A DNA stretch of 63,984 nucleotides, filler included, from Olpidium bornovanus S191 (GCA_017911155.1; 29 parts of 29 records of this genome joined end to end with filler, not necessarily neighbours in it); one strand, 5' to 3'. Counted from the whole stretch's first letter, positions 12,093-23,639 are shown. Notes: generated by a model from the sequence alone, not told the origin. Numbers and translations are program-made.

Positions 12093-12260
12093 CCGCGTGA
12101 ACCGCGCAGGCGGCCAAGGTGGCTGCGGCGGTGGACGCGTGAACCGCGCAGGCGGCCAAGGCGGCCGCGGCGGTGGCCGCGTGAACCGCGAAGGCGGCCA
12201 AGGTGGCCGCGGCGGTGGCCGCGTGAACCGCGCCAGCGGCCAAGGCGGCCGCGTGAACCA
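12093..12260 (+). repeat. 42-bp tandem repeat (about 4 units) encoding GGRVNRAGGQGGRG
   Basis: Units start at 12093, 12135, 12177 and 12219, with a shortened unit ending at 12249. Consensus CCGCGTGAACCGCGCAGGCGGCCAAGGYGGCCGCGGCGGTGG. Confidence 0.9.
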
Positions 12261-12629
12261 TGCAAGGTTTTCTTTCCAACCCAACTTCCCAGAAGAAAAC
12301 CCCCAACACAAAAGGTCAAAAGCTAAAAGTAGCAAAGCGCCAAGTCGCGAATACTTTTTCCCTGTTCTTGTACTTCTACTTCTCTAATAAAGGCGAAAAG
12401 AAAGACAAAGACTCCTAAAAACTGTCTACTTGCAATTTCGACCTCAATGCCCCTTGCTTGACCTCGATGCGGTCGACCTCGATGTACCACCCGCTTCCTC
12501 GATGTACCGCTCGCTTCTCCCCATTGTTCGGTCCCTCAATCAAGGGGGGCCCCAGCACGTAAAACCCCTGGTACCCCCCTCTTCTAATAAACACAAGAAA
12601 CCCTCGCCGAACACAACACCACCCACAAC

Positions 12630-13985
12630 ACCTGGCGTGGCAATAGAAAGAGACTTGAACTTTGCCGAACCTTGCCGTAGTACATTGGTGGGAGGGGCTG
12701 AACGGAGCATTGTCAATCAGGAGAAGGATGTTTCTGTTCTTGCTTTAGAAAAACATCAGGCTCGAAAAGGTGTACAGGGTGATAAAATGTAATGGATTGC
12801 CCTGTATCGATACTGATGCCTCCTTTTCATATTGATACCGCACAGGTTCTCTTCGATGCCGACCTCTATTGCACCGATTTTAATTCCACGTGGCTCCCCT
12901 TTGATGATGCTTCCCACAATGTGCAACCCTTTGATGCCACATGGGCACGTGACCCTCTTTCGAAGTACGGAAAAGCCCCACCGGGCTCTATAATAAAATA
13001 GCTACGCATCGCAGAGCTCCGCTACACACGAGATTAATTCAAGGAGAAATAGGGGGAAAGGCAAAACGAGTAGGCAGGCGGAAATCAACAGATAAAAAGA
13101 CGTCCGCATTTAAGGGGGGCTTTTTTGGAAGGGTAAACGGATGGGCAAATGTTATTTGCGGAAAATGCCGCTAAGTGAGCATCTGTTTTCCTTTTTTTGT
13201 TTTGTGGCCACCGAGGGAAAATGGGGGAACTTTCTGAAATTGACCAATGAAAATCTGAGCCGGACAGCTTTTCATCCGGCTCATCCGAAGGGTGCGTATC
13301 ATATCAAAACAGAGGAACCTCTTGAAGCCCCAGGGGAAACACGCCAGAAAAGGCTGCAGTTGGAAATAAAGACACCAGTTCTTTGTCAACCAATGAAATC
13401 ACGAATAATGTAGGAGCAGCTTCCTTCCTTTTCAAAGCTTAACCTAAACCATAAACTCGGTTATGTTTTGCTTTGACGGCACCACCCCCATTTTACGGTT
13501 TACACCAGGGTAACCCAGGCACACCAACGACCTTTTCCCGAACCACAGCATAACCCCCTTCCTAATGTAGCAAATCAGGGATTTGAGCAAAAATTCCTTC
13601 CTAATGTAGCGAACCACAGCAAAACTTCCTTCCTAACGTAACAGGGGCTTCCTTAACCTAGACCGTAAACTCGGTTATGTTTTGCTCAGACGACACCACC
13701 CCCATTTTACGGTTTATATCAGGGTAACCCTGGCACACCAACGACCTTTGCCCGAACCACAGCAAAACCTCACGCTGTAGACACACCGTCATTTCTTTGT
13801 CCGCATTTGCAAGCCATTCCTGATAGAACACGCCTTTGTGTTGTTCTTGTACAGGAACCGAAGTTCCTGGCCTAACTTCTTGTTGAAGCACCGTGGTTTT
13901 TTGGCTTTCCCGATGAAAAACGGCTGGAACTTATCAGATCCATCAACGTTTGTGGTAAAAGCAATGGTAATCCGTGTCTGCAAAA
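12630..13985 (-). mobile_element. pogo/Tigger-type (DDE_1) transposase fossil split into two parts
   Basis: 13985-13790 reads RITIAFTTNVDGSDKFQPFFIGKAKKPRCFNKK..YKNNTKA..EWLANADKEM. About 12745-12650 reads NRNILLLIDNAPFSPSH. The order is colinear with DDE_1. Confidence 0.75.
12775..13777. mobile_element. Candidate non-autonomous Tc1/mariner-type insert with internal ~115-bp direct repeat
   Basis: TA|CAGGGTGA at 12773-12782 and TCACGCTG|TA at 13770-13779 form an 8-bp inverted repeat with 1 mismatch, flanked by TA. Internal repeat copies lie at about 13441-13555 and 13655-13770. Confidence 0.4.
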
Positions 13986-14029
13986 GAATGTCAATGTGTG
14001 TACTGTGTCACATTGATGTGCCATTCATG

Positions 14030-14604
14030 CTGCAAATCCACTGGCAAACGCTGCTTCCGACGACTTCTGGGCGCGAACAGAGGCGGCGTGAACACAAGCC
14101 GCAAATTTGCGGAGATGCGCGCGAAAGCAGCCGCAAGTGGCAAATTTGCGGGAAAATGGTCCCGCCGCCGCAACAAACTTTCCTGCGGAAGTATCGCCCT
14201 GGAGCCGTCGCGCTCCATGAAATACGTCACCTGCAGCGCACAGTAAACCCAAAACTCCCGTCATGCCAAAACTCCCGTTTGTCCGCGTGGTCCGCGACAT
14301 TTCGGACAAAGTGTCCGGAAGAGTGGGGGGCCAGCGTCGGACAAGGCCATAAAAACGCGTTGCGGTGGAGCAAGGGAGCACTCAGAGAGCTACAGGTAAA
14401 TTTTACACCAAATATTCGCACAAAGAAGGATTCGCACCATAATTTGCACCACGAGATTAAAATGACAACGTTTTATCTACTCGAAAGAGGCGGCAGAGGA
14501 TTCCCTCTGCCGTTTATTTGAAGACTGCAGCCTTGCTGCAGTCTCACGCCAAGGGAGTCACAGTTCAGCCAAAGAACATAGAATTTGTGCGGCAATTCCA
14601 CGGC
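14030..14604 (+). pseudogene. Histone H3 variant (CenH3/CENP-A-like) pseudogene
   Basis: Pieces KSTGK, RKYRPGAVALHEIRHLQ, PKLPFVRVVRDIS, ALRWSKGALRELQ, EAAEDSLCRLFEDCSLAAV and HAKGVTVQPKNIEFVRQFHG occur in H3 order. At least 3 frameshifts. Confidence 0.75.
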
Positions 14605-15748
14605 AAGACGTTGAGAAACAAGAACGAACAAATGAAAAGGGAAAAAACAAAAAACTCTGTTGGCTCCTGACCCTGCTTCTGACGAACCGTCGTCGACCTG
14701 AGCTTCGCGTTGCAAAAAAAATTGGCATAGTTGGCAAAGTAGGCAACGGTTCCCCGTCGTTTTTTTATTTTGGCGTCACAGTCCTCGTATCCTCTCCCTC
14801 CTGCTGGATCAGAGGGCAGAGGCTTCATTATCACTTTTTTCTTTTGCAGTAATCTTTCTTTTTTCTTCGTGTGTGCTTGTTCTACAGGTGCAGAAGGCTT
14901 CAATGGTATTACTCATTTCCGCTCCTTCTTTTTGTCAGTGCTTATCAGGTTTGGCCCATTATCATTTTTTGAATTTTTCTGTCAGTATCAGTTTTGCTTG
15001 AAATGCTCCATAGTTGCCGTCACTCTGTTGCTATGAATCAAAATCTCGTCGGCAGTGTCCTCTGACAGGACATTTCGCACCATAATTTGCGCCAGATCTC
15101 CGCACTGCATTTCAAAGCCAAGTAAAGGGAATGAGGGGAAAGAGAGATCACAGCTCGGGCGATGGTTCGTCTTTCATGTAGCCCGCGGGATTCTTCGCCG
15201 GTTGGCGCTGCAAGGCAAAGGCATGTGCAGTACGATCAATTTGCTGTGAGATTATGGGCGACAAGAAAGATTCAAGAATTTTTTCTTCCTCCACCGCCAG
15301 TTCTTGCCCCTCGACCCCCTTGTCCGTCTCGCAGTCCTCCTCTCTTGAGGACGTGTCTTCTTCGCTGTCCTCCTCCTCCTCTACCTCTCGAGGGTGTTTC
15401 AGTTCACGGCCCCTCAATCTTGCCGTTAACTGACCGATGGGGATCATTGTGGAGGGAACATGTGCTGTAGCACGGCCCTCGAACCGCCCGTCGACCGACG
15501 CCACTGAAGGCGGGCATCGGGCGAAGAGCGCAGGGCAAAGGACGAGAGGCGGTCGAAGGGCGGAGGCAGCGGGATCGAGGGCAGGACGGCCCCCGGACCC
15601 GGGGGCCGACCAATAGAATAGCCCCCCTCAAACCCCGCCAATCGAAGAACGCTTCCCCCCTTCCCCCCCTCGAAATCCGCCATTCGAAGGGCTTTCCCCC
15701 TTGCCCCCTTGCCCCCCAGCGCCACACGTGGGAACCCCCGCCAACCAG

Positions 15749-15817
<69 letters not shown>

Positions 15818-16137
15818 CCCCCCCCCGCCCCCCCCCCCCGCACCCCACTGCACGCAAGAGCTCGGAGCCCCGCGTGGTAACCACGCGGGAAGGGACCGGA
15901 CGCACCGCGTCGACGGACGCGACGCCGAAGGACGGCTCTGCCGTCGACCTGCATCCCGCTCGACGTCGACGAGCGTAAATAGCGTCCCTTCCGCTCCGTA
16001 GCTCGACTTCGACCCCATCCAACTTTACCTTAGCTTGNNNNNNNNNNNNNNNNNNNNNNNNNNNNNNNNNNNNNNNNNNNNTTAATTAATTAANNNNNNN
16101 NNNNNNNNNNNNNNNNNNNNNNNNNNNNNNNNNNNNN

Positions 16138-18087
16138 CTTATTGAGTGCGAACGCCTGTTCGGACCTTGGCCCGGCGAATTGCTGCAAGGTGGAAAGAAG
16201 AGGATCACCGGTCTCTGGTGGTTCGAAACGTGTGGCGTTCGTGGGAGAAGACGCATGGCAGAAAGAAAAGGGGAATGGAAGCTCGCCAGGGGGATATCCC
16301 GATGGGTCTTCGGAACCGGTCCCCGAAACGCAAATCGCAGAGGATGGCACGGGACAGGTAGACCCGACTACGCTGCCAAAAATGGATGATTCCATTGTGC
16401 AACAGGCAGGACAGTCGGCAATGCAGGAGCCAGTACTTCAAGCACAGCCAGGAGCGCTTCAACATCATGGTTTCCGCGAAGCTACCGAGGAGTTGAATGT
16501 TCCGCCGACTGGTGTTCATCCGGAGGAAAAAAACACATGCAAGTCCCAATGGCCTCAATCCGCGGCCGAACCAGTTAGTGAAGCCACCAGTCAAAAACGT
16601 CGAAAGAGTAGTAAATCATCAAGCTGGTCAATTAGGCCGCGGTCATCAGCCCCCATGCGAACAGTGAACCGAGGAGAAGGGACAGACACCGTCACACCGG
16701 ACAATGGCAGGAGCGCAATTCTCGATGAGCGTGACTCTGCAGGCACTACGAAGCATGTTAAGGAAGGTTCCCGCCTGCTTGTGAGTTGAGTCTACGTTAA
16801 ACTTAAATTGGCTGAAATCCCGAACAGTCGCGGCGCATATCAACGGTCGGGATACCTTGTAGACACCCGGCGAACCAGTTCTACCTATCGTGAGTAGCAC
16901 TTCGTACATATGTGTTACAAAGTTAAGCTGATCTTATGCCTCCGAATTTTTCTGTTGATTGCTCGATGTTTTTTCAGGCGCCTAGCGAAAAGGTTTGGCC
17001 CGCCGACGACGTTCTACCTGCGGTGGGATTACGCGTCGACGTCCGGCGGGCGCAGAAGAAAAGACAAGTTAAGTCTGCCGCAATTTCCCGACACGGAACT
17101 CTGCCGTCCTTAAAAGCCCGGCCGGCGACTTCGTTACCAGCGGTAGCTAAGGTCGGTTTGCAAGGCACAGAAGTCGCGGACCGAATGGTCGTCATTGTCC
17201 ACGCGCCGATGGAGGCGACAATTCAGGATGTGTGTGGTCCAAAACTCGTGCACGAGCTGGCAAACGTTCCGCTCCGCCTGGCGCAACAGGTGAAAATGAT
17301 ATCGCGTCGAATGTCTGGGATTTCTGCTTCAGGCGGCCGCCTGTTCAAAAATAGCAGCTGGGCCGGACCTCGTATAAGCTCTGCTGTGACGTACTCTACA
17401 AACAGTTCAGAATCCGACGCGGAGAGCGAGGCCGACTATCTCGACGGTGAAAACGGCTTCAATGAAACGAAATCCCAAGTGGACATGTTCACCCAACCGC
17501 TGACTACGGCTGAACCGGCCGTGTCGAATAGTCCACCCGATACGGAGCGCGTCTCAGGAGGCATTGAATCTCTACCGCCGGAGCAGCCGACCCATGAAAA
17601 CACGAGCGGTTCTGACATCGCTTTGAGTGAGGGCCGTGACGTATGCGATTTTGAATGGATTGAACACGCTATCGCGGCGACCAGCGCCGTCTACAGGCCA
17701 GTTGAAGAGTACGTCCCGGAGCTGTTTAAGCCACGGAAAATGGCGACGTCCGCCAGATCCAAGCGGGTTGCATTGTTCGTGGAGGAAAGCCAGATGGAGG
17801 TACCCCAAAGCCTCGATGATGCCAGTCTGCCTGTCAAGAGCATGAACCTCACACAAAGGAAGCCTAAATCGAAGGACCGATCCTTGCCCTTCCTGGCGAA
17901 ATCGAAGGAGCGTGAAAAACTGCCTGTGAAATCTGTGAAGAAAGGGAAGGGAGAGAAGCGACAGAGCATGAAGCGGCAGGTGTCGTCTGCCCCTGCTGGC
18001 CGGGGGAGCAAGCTCGTCAGGAGCGGGTCCACACGGCAACCCCCTTTGAAGAAGAGCCCACCTTCTGTTCCTATTGTGCTCAGCGAA
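16138..18087 (+). CDS. Hypothetical multi-exon, largely disordered S/E/K-rich protein (internal part)
   Basis: Long open frames 16142-16789 and 16978-18087 with a GTGAGT donor near 16782 and a TTTTCAG acceptor at 16977. No domain recognised. Confidence 0.55.
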
Positions 18088-18268
18088 NNNNNNNNNNNNN
18101 NNNNNNNNNNNNNNNNNNNNNNNNNNNNNNNTTAATTAATTAANNNNNNNNNNNNNNNNNNNNNNNNNNNNNNNNNNNNNNNNNNNNCCCCCCCCCATCC
18201 CACCCGAGAACCATCTATCCTTCCCTCCCGCGAATCAGACAACAGCACACTCCCCCGTTCCCCGAGAT

Positions 18269-19017
18269 ATGACGAATCTCGCGGGCAAGCGGCGGCAGCC
18301 GGCGCCGCCGCTGGCGGCGGCTTCCCTGCTGGCGCTGCTGCTGCTGCTCGCCGGCACGAGCGTCCACTCCCAGCAGACGCCGGCGCGACAACTGCGGACC
18401 GTTAAGGCTTCCGAGTGCCGGGCGCAATCTGTCGTCCAAGACATCATCTTCTCCGGCTGCTCCACAATAGACTCTCCGTCAGGTAAAGAATTTTTTTTTT
18501 TGCTATTTGCTTCCTTTTTTGTTGTTGTTGTCGTCGGTGTTTTCTGCCTCGGTCGAAAAACCGTAACCGCTGGGGTGGTTGGGCGATTGGTGCGGGGGTG
18601 GGGGGAGTGTGAAAAGGAGAATGAAGAGGAGCGGCTCGGAAGGACGATAGTCTTTTAACGCTGACGCACAAATATTTTTTTTTTTTTGTTTTTCCCGCCT
18701 TTTTTTTGTGCCTTCGTTTCCCAACAACCCCCCCCCCGCCGCGCACGCAGCCGGCCAGCCGTGGTGCCTCCTCCCCAAGGCCGAACCCACCGATCCCGAC
18801 ATCCAGGCCCTCTGCGCCCCGGACTCGATACCGGCGCGGAACGCCCGCGCCGACACCGGCGAGACGGTCCCGTGCGCCGCGTCCACCGCGCCCCCCGGGA
18901 AGCAGGGCGTGGTTCTCGGCTGCTTCACGACCGTCCAGGCCGCGGGCGCGCTGAAGTGCAACAGCGGGGCCGGCGGCCTGCAGCCGTGCAGGATCAACTT
19001 ATCTAAAGCGTCGGACG
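18269..19017 (+). CDS. Secreted cysteine-rich protein, 3' truncated
   Basis: Signal peptide LAAASLLALLLLLAGTSVHS. Exon 1 ends ..GCSTIDSPS|GTAAAG and exon 2 gives AGQPWCLLPK... There are 8 Cys in about 130 mature residues. Confidence 0.65.
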
Positions 19018-19047
19018 GTACGGAGAGCGGGGGGTGTCTTTTTTTTT

Positions 19048-19084
<37 letters not shown>

Positions 19085-19107
19085 CTTTTTTTTTTTTTTT
19101 TTCTTTT

Positions 19108-19144
<37 letters not shown>

Positions 19145-20217
19145 CCTTTCCTTTCCAACCGCCGCGAGAGAGAGGGAGAGAGAAAAGAAGGGAAAAGAGA
19201 AAAGAGAGAGAGAGAGAGCGAAAAACANNNNNNNNNNNNNNNNNNNNNNNNNNNNNNNNNNNNNNNNNNNNTTAATTAATTAANNNNNNNNNNNNNNNNN
19301 NNNNNNNNNNNNNNNNNNNNNNNNNNNAAGTGGTTTAGGGTCTCTCGCGGGGTTAATGTCGCAGCGGAAGGAAATTGAGCAGTAGATGAAGGCTCCGCGC
19401 TCTGATTCAGTTTTCCGCCCGAGGCAGGTGAAGGGCCATCGGACATGCGGGAAGCGCAGAGCAAGGAGAAAGAATATGAACAGAATCTGGAAAGATTCAA
19501 AGCAACGGATAATTCCAAGACCCCGAATCCTCAACCGTTGACCATCTACCCGCGCCTTACCGTAGGATTTGTACGGTTTCGACTGCCACCTCCGCGGCCC
19601 CCTTCCTTACTCCCCCCACCCCCCTCCCTCCTTTCTCTCCTTTCTCGTTCCTCTTTTTTCTCCCTCTTCTCCATTTTTCTTCCTCTCTCTTTTCCTTCCC
19701 CTCCATTCTCTCTCGTCTCCCTACTCCATTTTCACGCGTTTCCCCCCCACCCCCCGCCCCCCCCGTCCTCCCCACCTCCACATTCCCTCATCTTTCATTC
19801 CGCCTCCCCCGCCCTCTTCCCTGAACCCGTAAATGCGCATTTCCCTTTTCCCGGATGCGAAAATCTCACAACATTTTATCCCGCCGAATTTATATTTTTC
19901 AAACAAGACAAACCAACCAGATCAAAACTGTCGCAAACCACACCCCTTAACAAAATCCCCTCCGCCGCAGACCTTCCTTCTCCTGGCCGAACATGATTAT
20001 GTGCTTGTGCGCACGTGCGCGATGAGTTTGCGCGAGTTCTCCTTATTTTTCTTCTTCTTCTTAGGCGCGGGCGGCTGTACGGTTTCCTGCTCTCGACATA
20101 AAGCGGCTATTGCAGGATTATCCGCCGTAACACGGGTAAACACGAAATCGGTGACGAGGGCCTTGCGTTCACACGTCTTGGTTGGCGTATCGTTAACAGG
20201 GTCGTCCAACGGTGCCG

Positions 20218-20289
20218 CCTTCGATCGTATAGTGGTTATTATCCCCGCCTGTCACGCGGGTGACCCGGGTTCGATTCCCGGTCGGAGAG
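20218..20289 (+). tRNA. tRNA-Asp (anticodon GTC), intronless
   Basis: A box TCGTATAGTGG, anticodon arm CCCGC-CTGTCAC-GCGGG, T arm CCGGG-TTCGATT-CCCGG, discriminator G73, and a TTTT terminator immediately downstream. Confidence 0.92.
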
Positions 20290-23200
20290 TTTTCTTAAAA
20301 ATTTTCCTTTTTATTTTATAACCAGCCGGAAAGCCGTTCTCCCTCTGGAAAGAACGTCAGCGGCCGGGGGAACAAAAACCGGTTTGAATGAAGCAAGAGT
20401 CGACGGACAATTAATGCTTTGAACAACAAATACAAGGCCTGGGCTGCAATTTGATTGCAAATTCGATCAGCGAAGTTGTTGGGTGATTTGAAGGAAGATT
20501 TGGTGCCCGTTTGAGACTGGATTTGGTGCTGGGTTTTGACGCCAGATGTTTACCAAGCTTAATACCTGATTTGAAAACGGGATTTGTCCCGTCCGTCATA
20601 ACAAGAGCGAAGGGGACGGCGCAGTCGAAAGTGCGGACGGCGGCAATGTGAAGGCTACGGTCGCGAATGCGATGCCGAAAGCCGATGCGGACGGGCGAAG
20701 ACGGAACGGGTGAGGCGGGGTGGCCGTTCGGGGAGAACGGGTGGGGGCCCAGTGAAACCCGGAATAAAAATACCTGTGGCTTTCCTTTTCGAGCAATAAT
20801 TTCAACCACAAAAATAGCGTAAAATTTGCAAAAAAGAACCTTAAACAGAGTATTATTCAGCCTGCGCATCACCGGCCAACGACTGCCTGTACTGCAAAAG
20901 TCGCGACAGACCGCATCCGCAAAAAAGAATGCCTCGGCCCTGGCAGCGGTCGCAGGGAGGAACATAAAAGAAAGCTCCTCAGCTTGTGCAGATAAGGATG
21001 CGCCCGCCGGCTGCGCTGATCGAGTTCCGTAATTTCCTGTAGCCGTGTTGCTCGAAACAGTCGGTTGATGCCGTAACTAAGGGCATCCTCCGGAAAAATC
21101 ACACCAATACACTTCCCAAAGATTGGGCCGGTTTTTCGGTCTCTGAAACCAATCCACCAAGGACGCTTGCGCCAACCCGGGAAAAACAAATTTTCTCCGC
21201 CAGCCCACCAGAATTTTCCGGCAGGAGAGTGGGCCACCGCGCAGTTTGCGCCCATTGCCTTCAGAAGACGGACGTTTTCCCGGCCCCGCAAGCCTCACCC
21301 CCTCCCTCCTCCATTGAGGTTTCTTCATTGCCACCTAGCGCCTCGCACCGGCGCGGGGGCGGCCTTCAGCGGTTTGTTCGCGTGACCGTTGCAGACAGCT
21401 TCGTTGGCGTTTTAGTCGACAAAAGTCTGTTTGCAAGACTTTCGCCGGCAGCACCTCCCGTTTGGCGTAAAATGGAAGACCCTCGTTTAAAGACTTTTGT
21501 CGCCAGCGCTGTCGTTGGCCTAAATTGGCAAAAGTCGTAAATCACCCAGCCCCCACCTCCCTTGCGCTCAGCCTTTGATGGCTCAGGAACGATGTACCAC
21601 GCTTGCCGAGCGCTGACAAAAAAAAAGTCGCGCTCGCTGGCATGNNNNNNNNNNNNNNNNNNNNNNNNNNNNNNNNNNNNNNNNNNNNTTAATTAATTAA
21701 NNNNNNNNNNNNNNNNNNNNNNNNNNNNNNNNNNNNNNNNNNNNGCGGTGGCGTCCGCATCGATCCGCGCTTGCAGCGACCGATCCATCATCGCCGACAC
21801 CGACGCCAACGAAAGCGCCCGATCGGGCGTTGTGCTGCCCCCGAAACAAAGCGGCCGGGCCATGGAACACAGGCTTTTTACAAAGAACTCATCTGGCTCG
21901 GCCTAGAAAGAGCCGTGGTGTGTCTCTCACGCTCCACAATGAGGCGACGAGCTCGTCATCGCCATTTTTTACGTTGGTGGCATTTTTTTTTTTTTTTTTT
22001 TTTCGCGGGGCCTGACAAAAGGCTCTCGTTTTGGACTTTTGAGAATTTCGCTCTCTAAAAAAAAAAAAATAAAATAAAAAATAAAATTACAAGATTGACC
22101 GAACGGGTTTATCCTTTTTTCATCACCTCCTTGGGCGTCAGGGATGAATGACCGCTGATGACGGGTCGAGAATCCTCAACCAGGGTCCGCGGCGTCCGTC
22201 AACTTCACAGGAGATTTCGGCATGGATGCGGCCGAGCCGATTAGCGACCCCGCTTGTGAAAGACGCCGCGCCGCGGAGAGCCTGCACCAAGTCGAAACCA
22301 AGGCGGGAGGGGCGAAGGGGAGGGGGGGCCGCTGCTAGTCGGGGTCACTGCTGTGGTTGGCAATGGTTTGACGCGGCCTGATGGTCGCCTCCGCTGCGCC
22401 CTTCTTGGCCCGATTCATCGCGAAGCCAAGCGGCACCGCCGTCGGGGGAAGCCGTCAGAGGAGGTCACGCGGTGTATGAAAGGGACCGCCGTCGGACTGC
22501 GGAGAATCCGCTTCAAAGGACGCCCTCCGCGAAGGCGAAAAAAATTTCAGAAAGCCGTTCGGTGACGCCCCGACCGCGCCGGCTGGCCCGCCGCGACTGG
22601 TGGGCATCAAAACCTGCGCGGGGTTGCTGGTACTGTGCAACGGCGGCAGACCCGGGCGTCATGGAGGTCGAAAGTTCACGGCAGCCGCGCGTCAGCGGGC
22701 CTCACCCTGCGAGGCCGAAGTTTCGTCACCGGGGGTCGATCGGTCGCGCAGGAAGTCCGTCGCGGCTCACACTCCAATCACTTGGGGCTCGCGGGCGAAC
22801 CGCAGGGCCCGACGGCTTTTTAGAATTGTTGACGACGGAGGGCGGTCAGAGCTCGCGTCGAACGAAAAGGGCACCTCGTTGCTAGGAGCACGTCGAAATA
22901 AAAACGCCGTCAAGGTCTTCGAATGGATTTGTGCGAGGTCCGTCGCGCATCATCCCAGAACCCGGCCGTTATGTTCGCGAAGCCTCTGGAGAAAAAAAAA
23001 AAAAAGGCGATTCGCGAGCTTTCGCGGCCGCGCCGGGGTTACGCCATGTCGGGGGGGGGGTGTGCGCGCCGAGGGCGCCCGTCGGATGGACACGATCTAT
23101 GCGGTCGACGAGAAATAAAGCTGCAAGAGATAAACGTGAAACCGCCCAAGAGTAAGTCCCCCGCGAGATGTATGGGCGTCATTTGTACCTTTCCTTAATG

Positions 23201-23639
23201 TCCTGACCAACGCGGAGAGAGAATATATCTCCTTGTTTCTTGGGTGCAAACGGATTCGCAGGCGGCCCGATGATTCATCGCGCAGCCGGACTGCGCCTGC
23301 TCGGTCGTACGTACTAACGGAGCAAAACTATCTCCCCCGGCGTCTGACCGCGCTTTCTCTTGTGCGCAAATAATTTCTTTTTTAACGCCCTAGTTATAAT
23401 GAACATCTACCTTGGACAATAAAAGGTAAATACACTTGGTTTGAAAAGAGAGAGAGGCGGTGGGGGAAGGCGTATTGTTGTTGCGGAGTACTTGGGCGTG
23501 CACCAGCACAGCAAGCAAAACTTCCGGATTTACGAAGAGGGTTATGGGAAACGTAAATACAAGACGTGTAAGGAGCTTCCAGACAACTTTTTTGGACAGG
23601 ACCGCGACAAACTTAGCGTGCGCAAAACGAGCCTCCGCC

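Noticed and set aside
12093-12260. CRISPR-like array
   Set aside because: These are head-to-tail repeats without unique spacers, with no cas genes, in a eukaryotic context. The same applies to the repeats at 29031 and 63381.
15470-15600. Third H3-like segment (PFDRLSSF..ARLQW..AVLQ)
   Set aside because: The similarity is weak in GC-rich low-complexity sequence, and a different frame runs on into the downstream acidic region.
21745-23200. Numerous Arg/Pro/Gly-rich ORFs in the ORF track, here and throughout the window
   Set aside because: These are expected spurious or shadow ORFs in GC-rich, stop-poor DNA, with no recognisable domains or consistent splice models.
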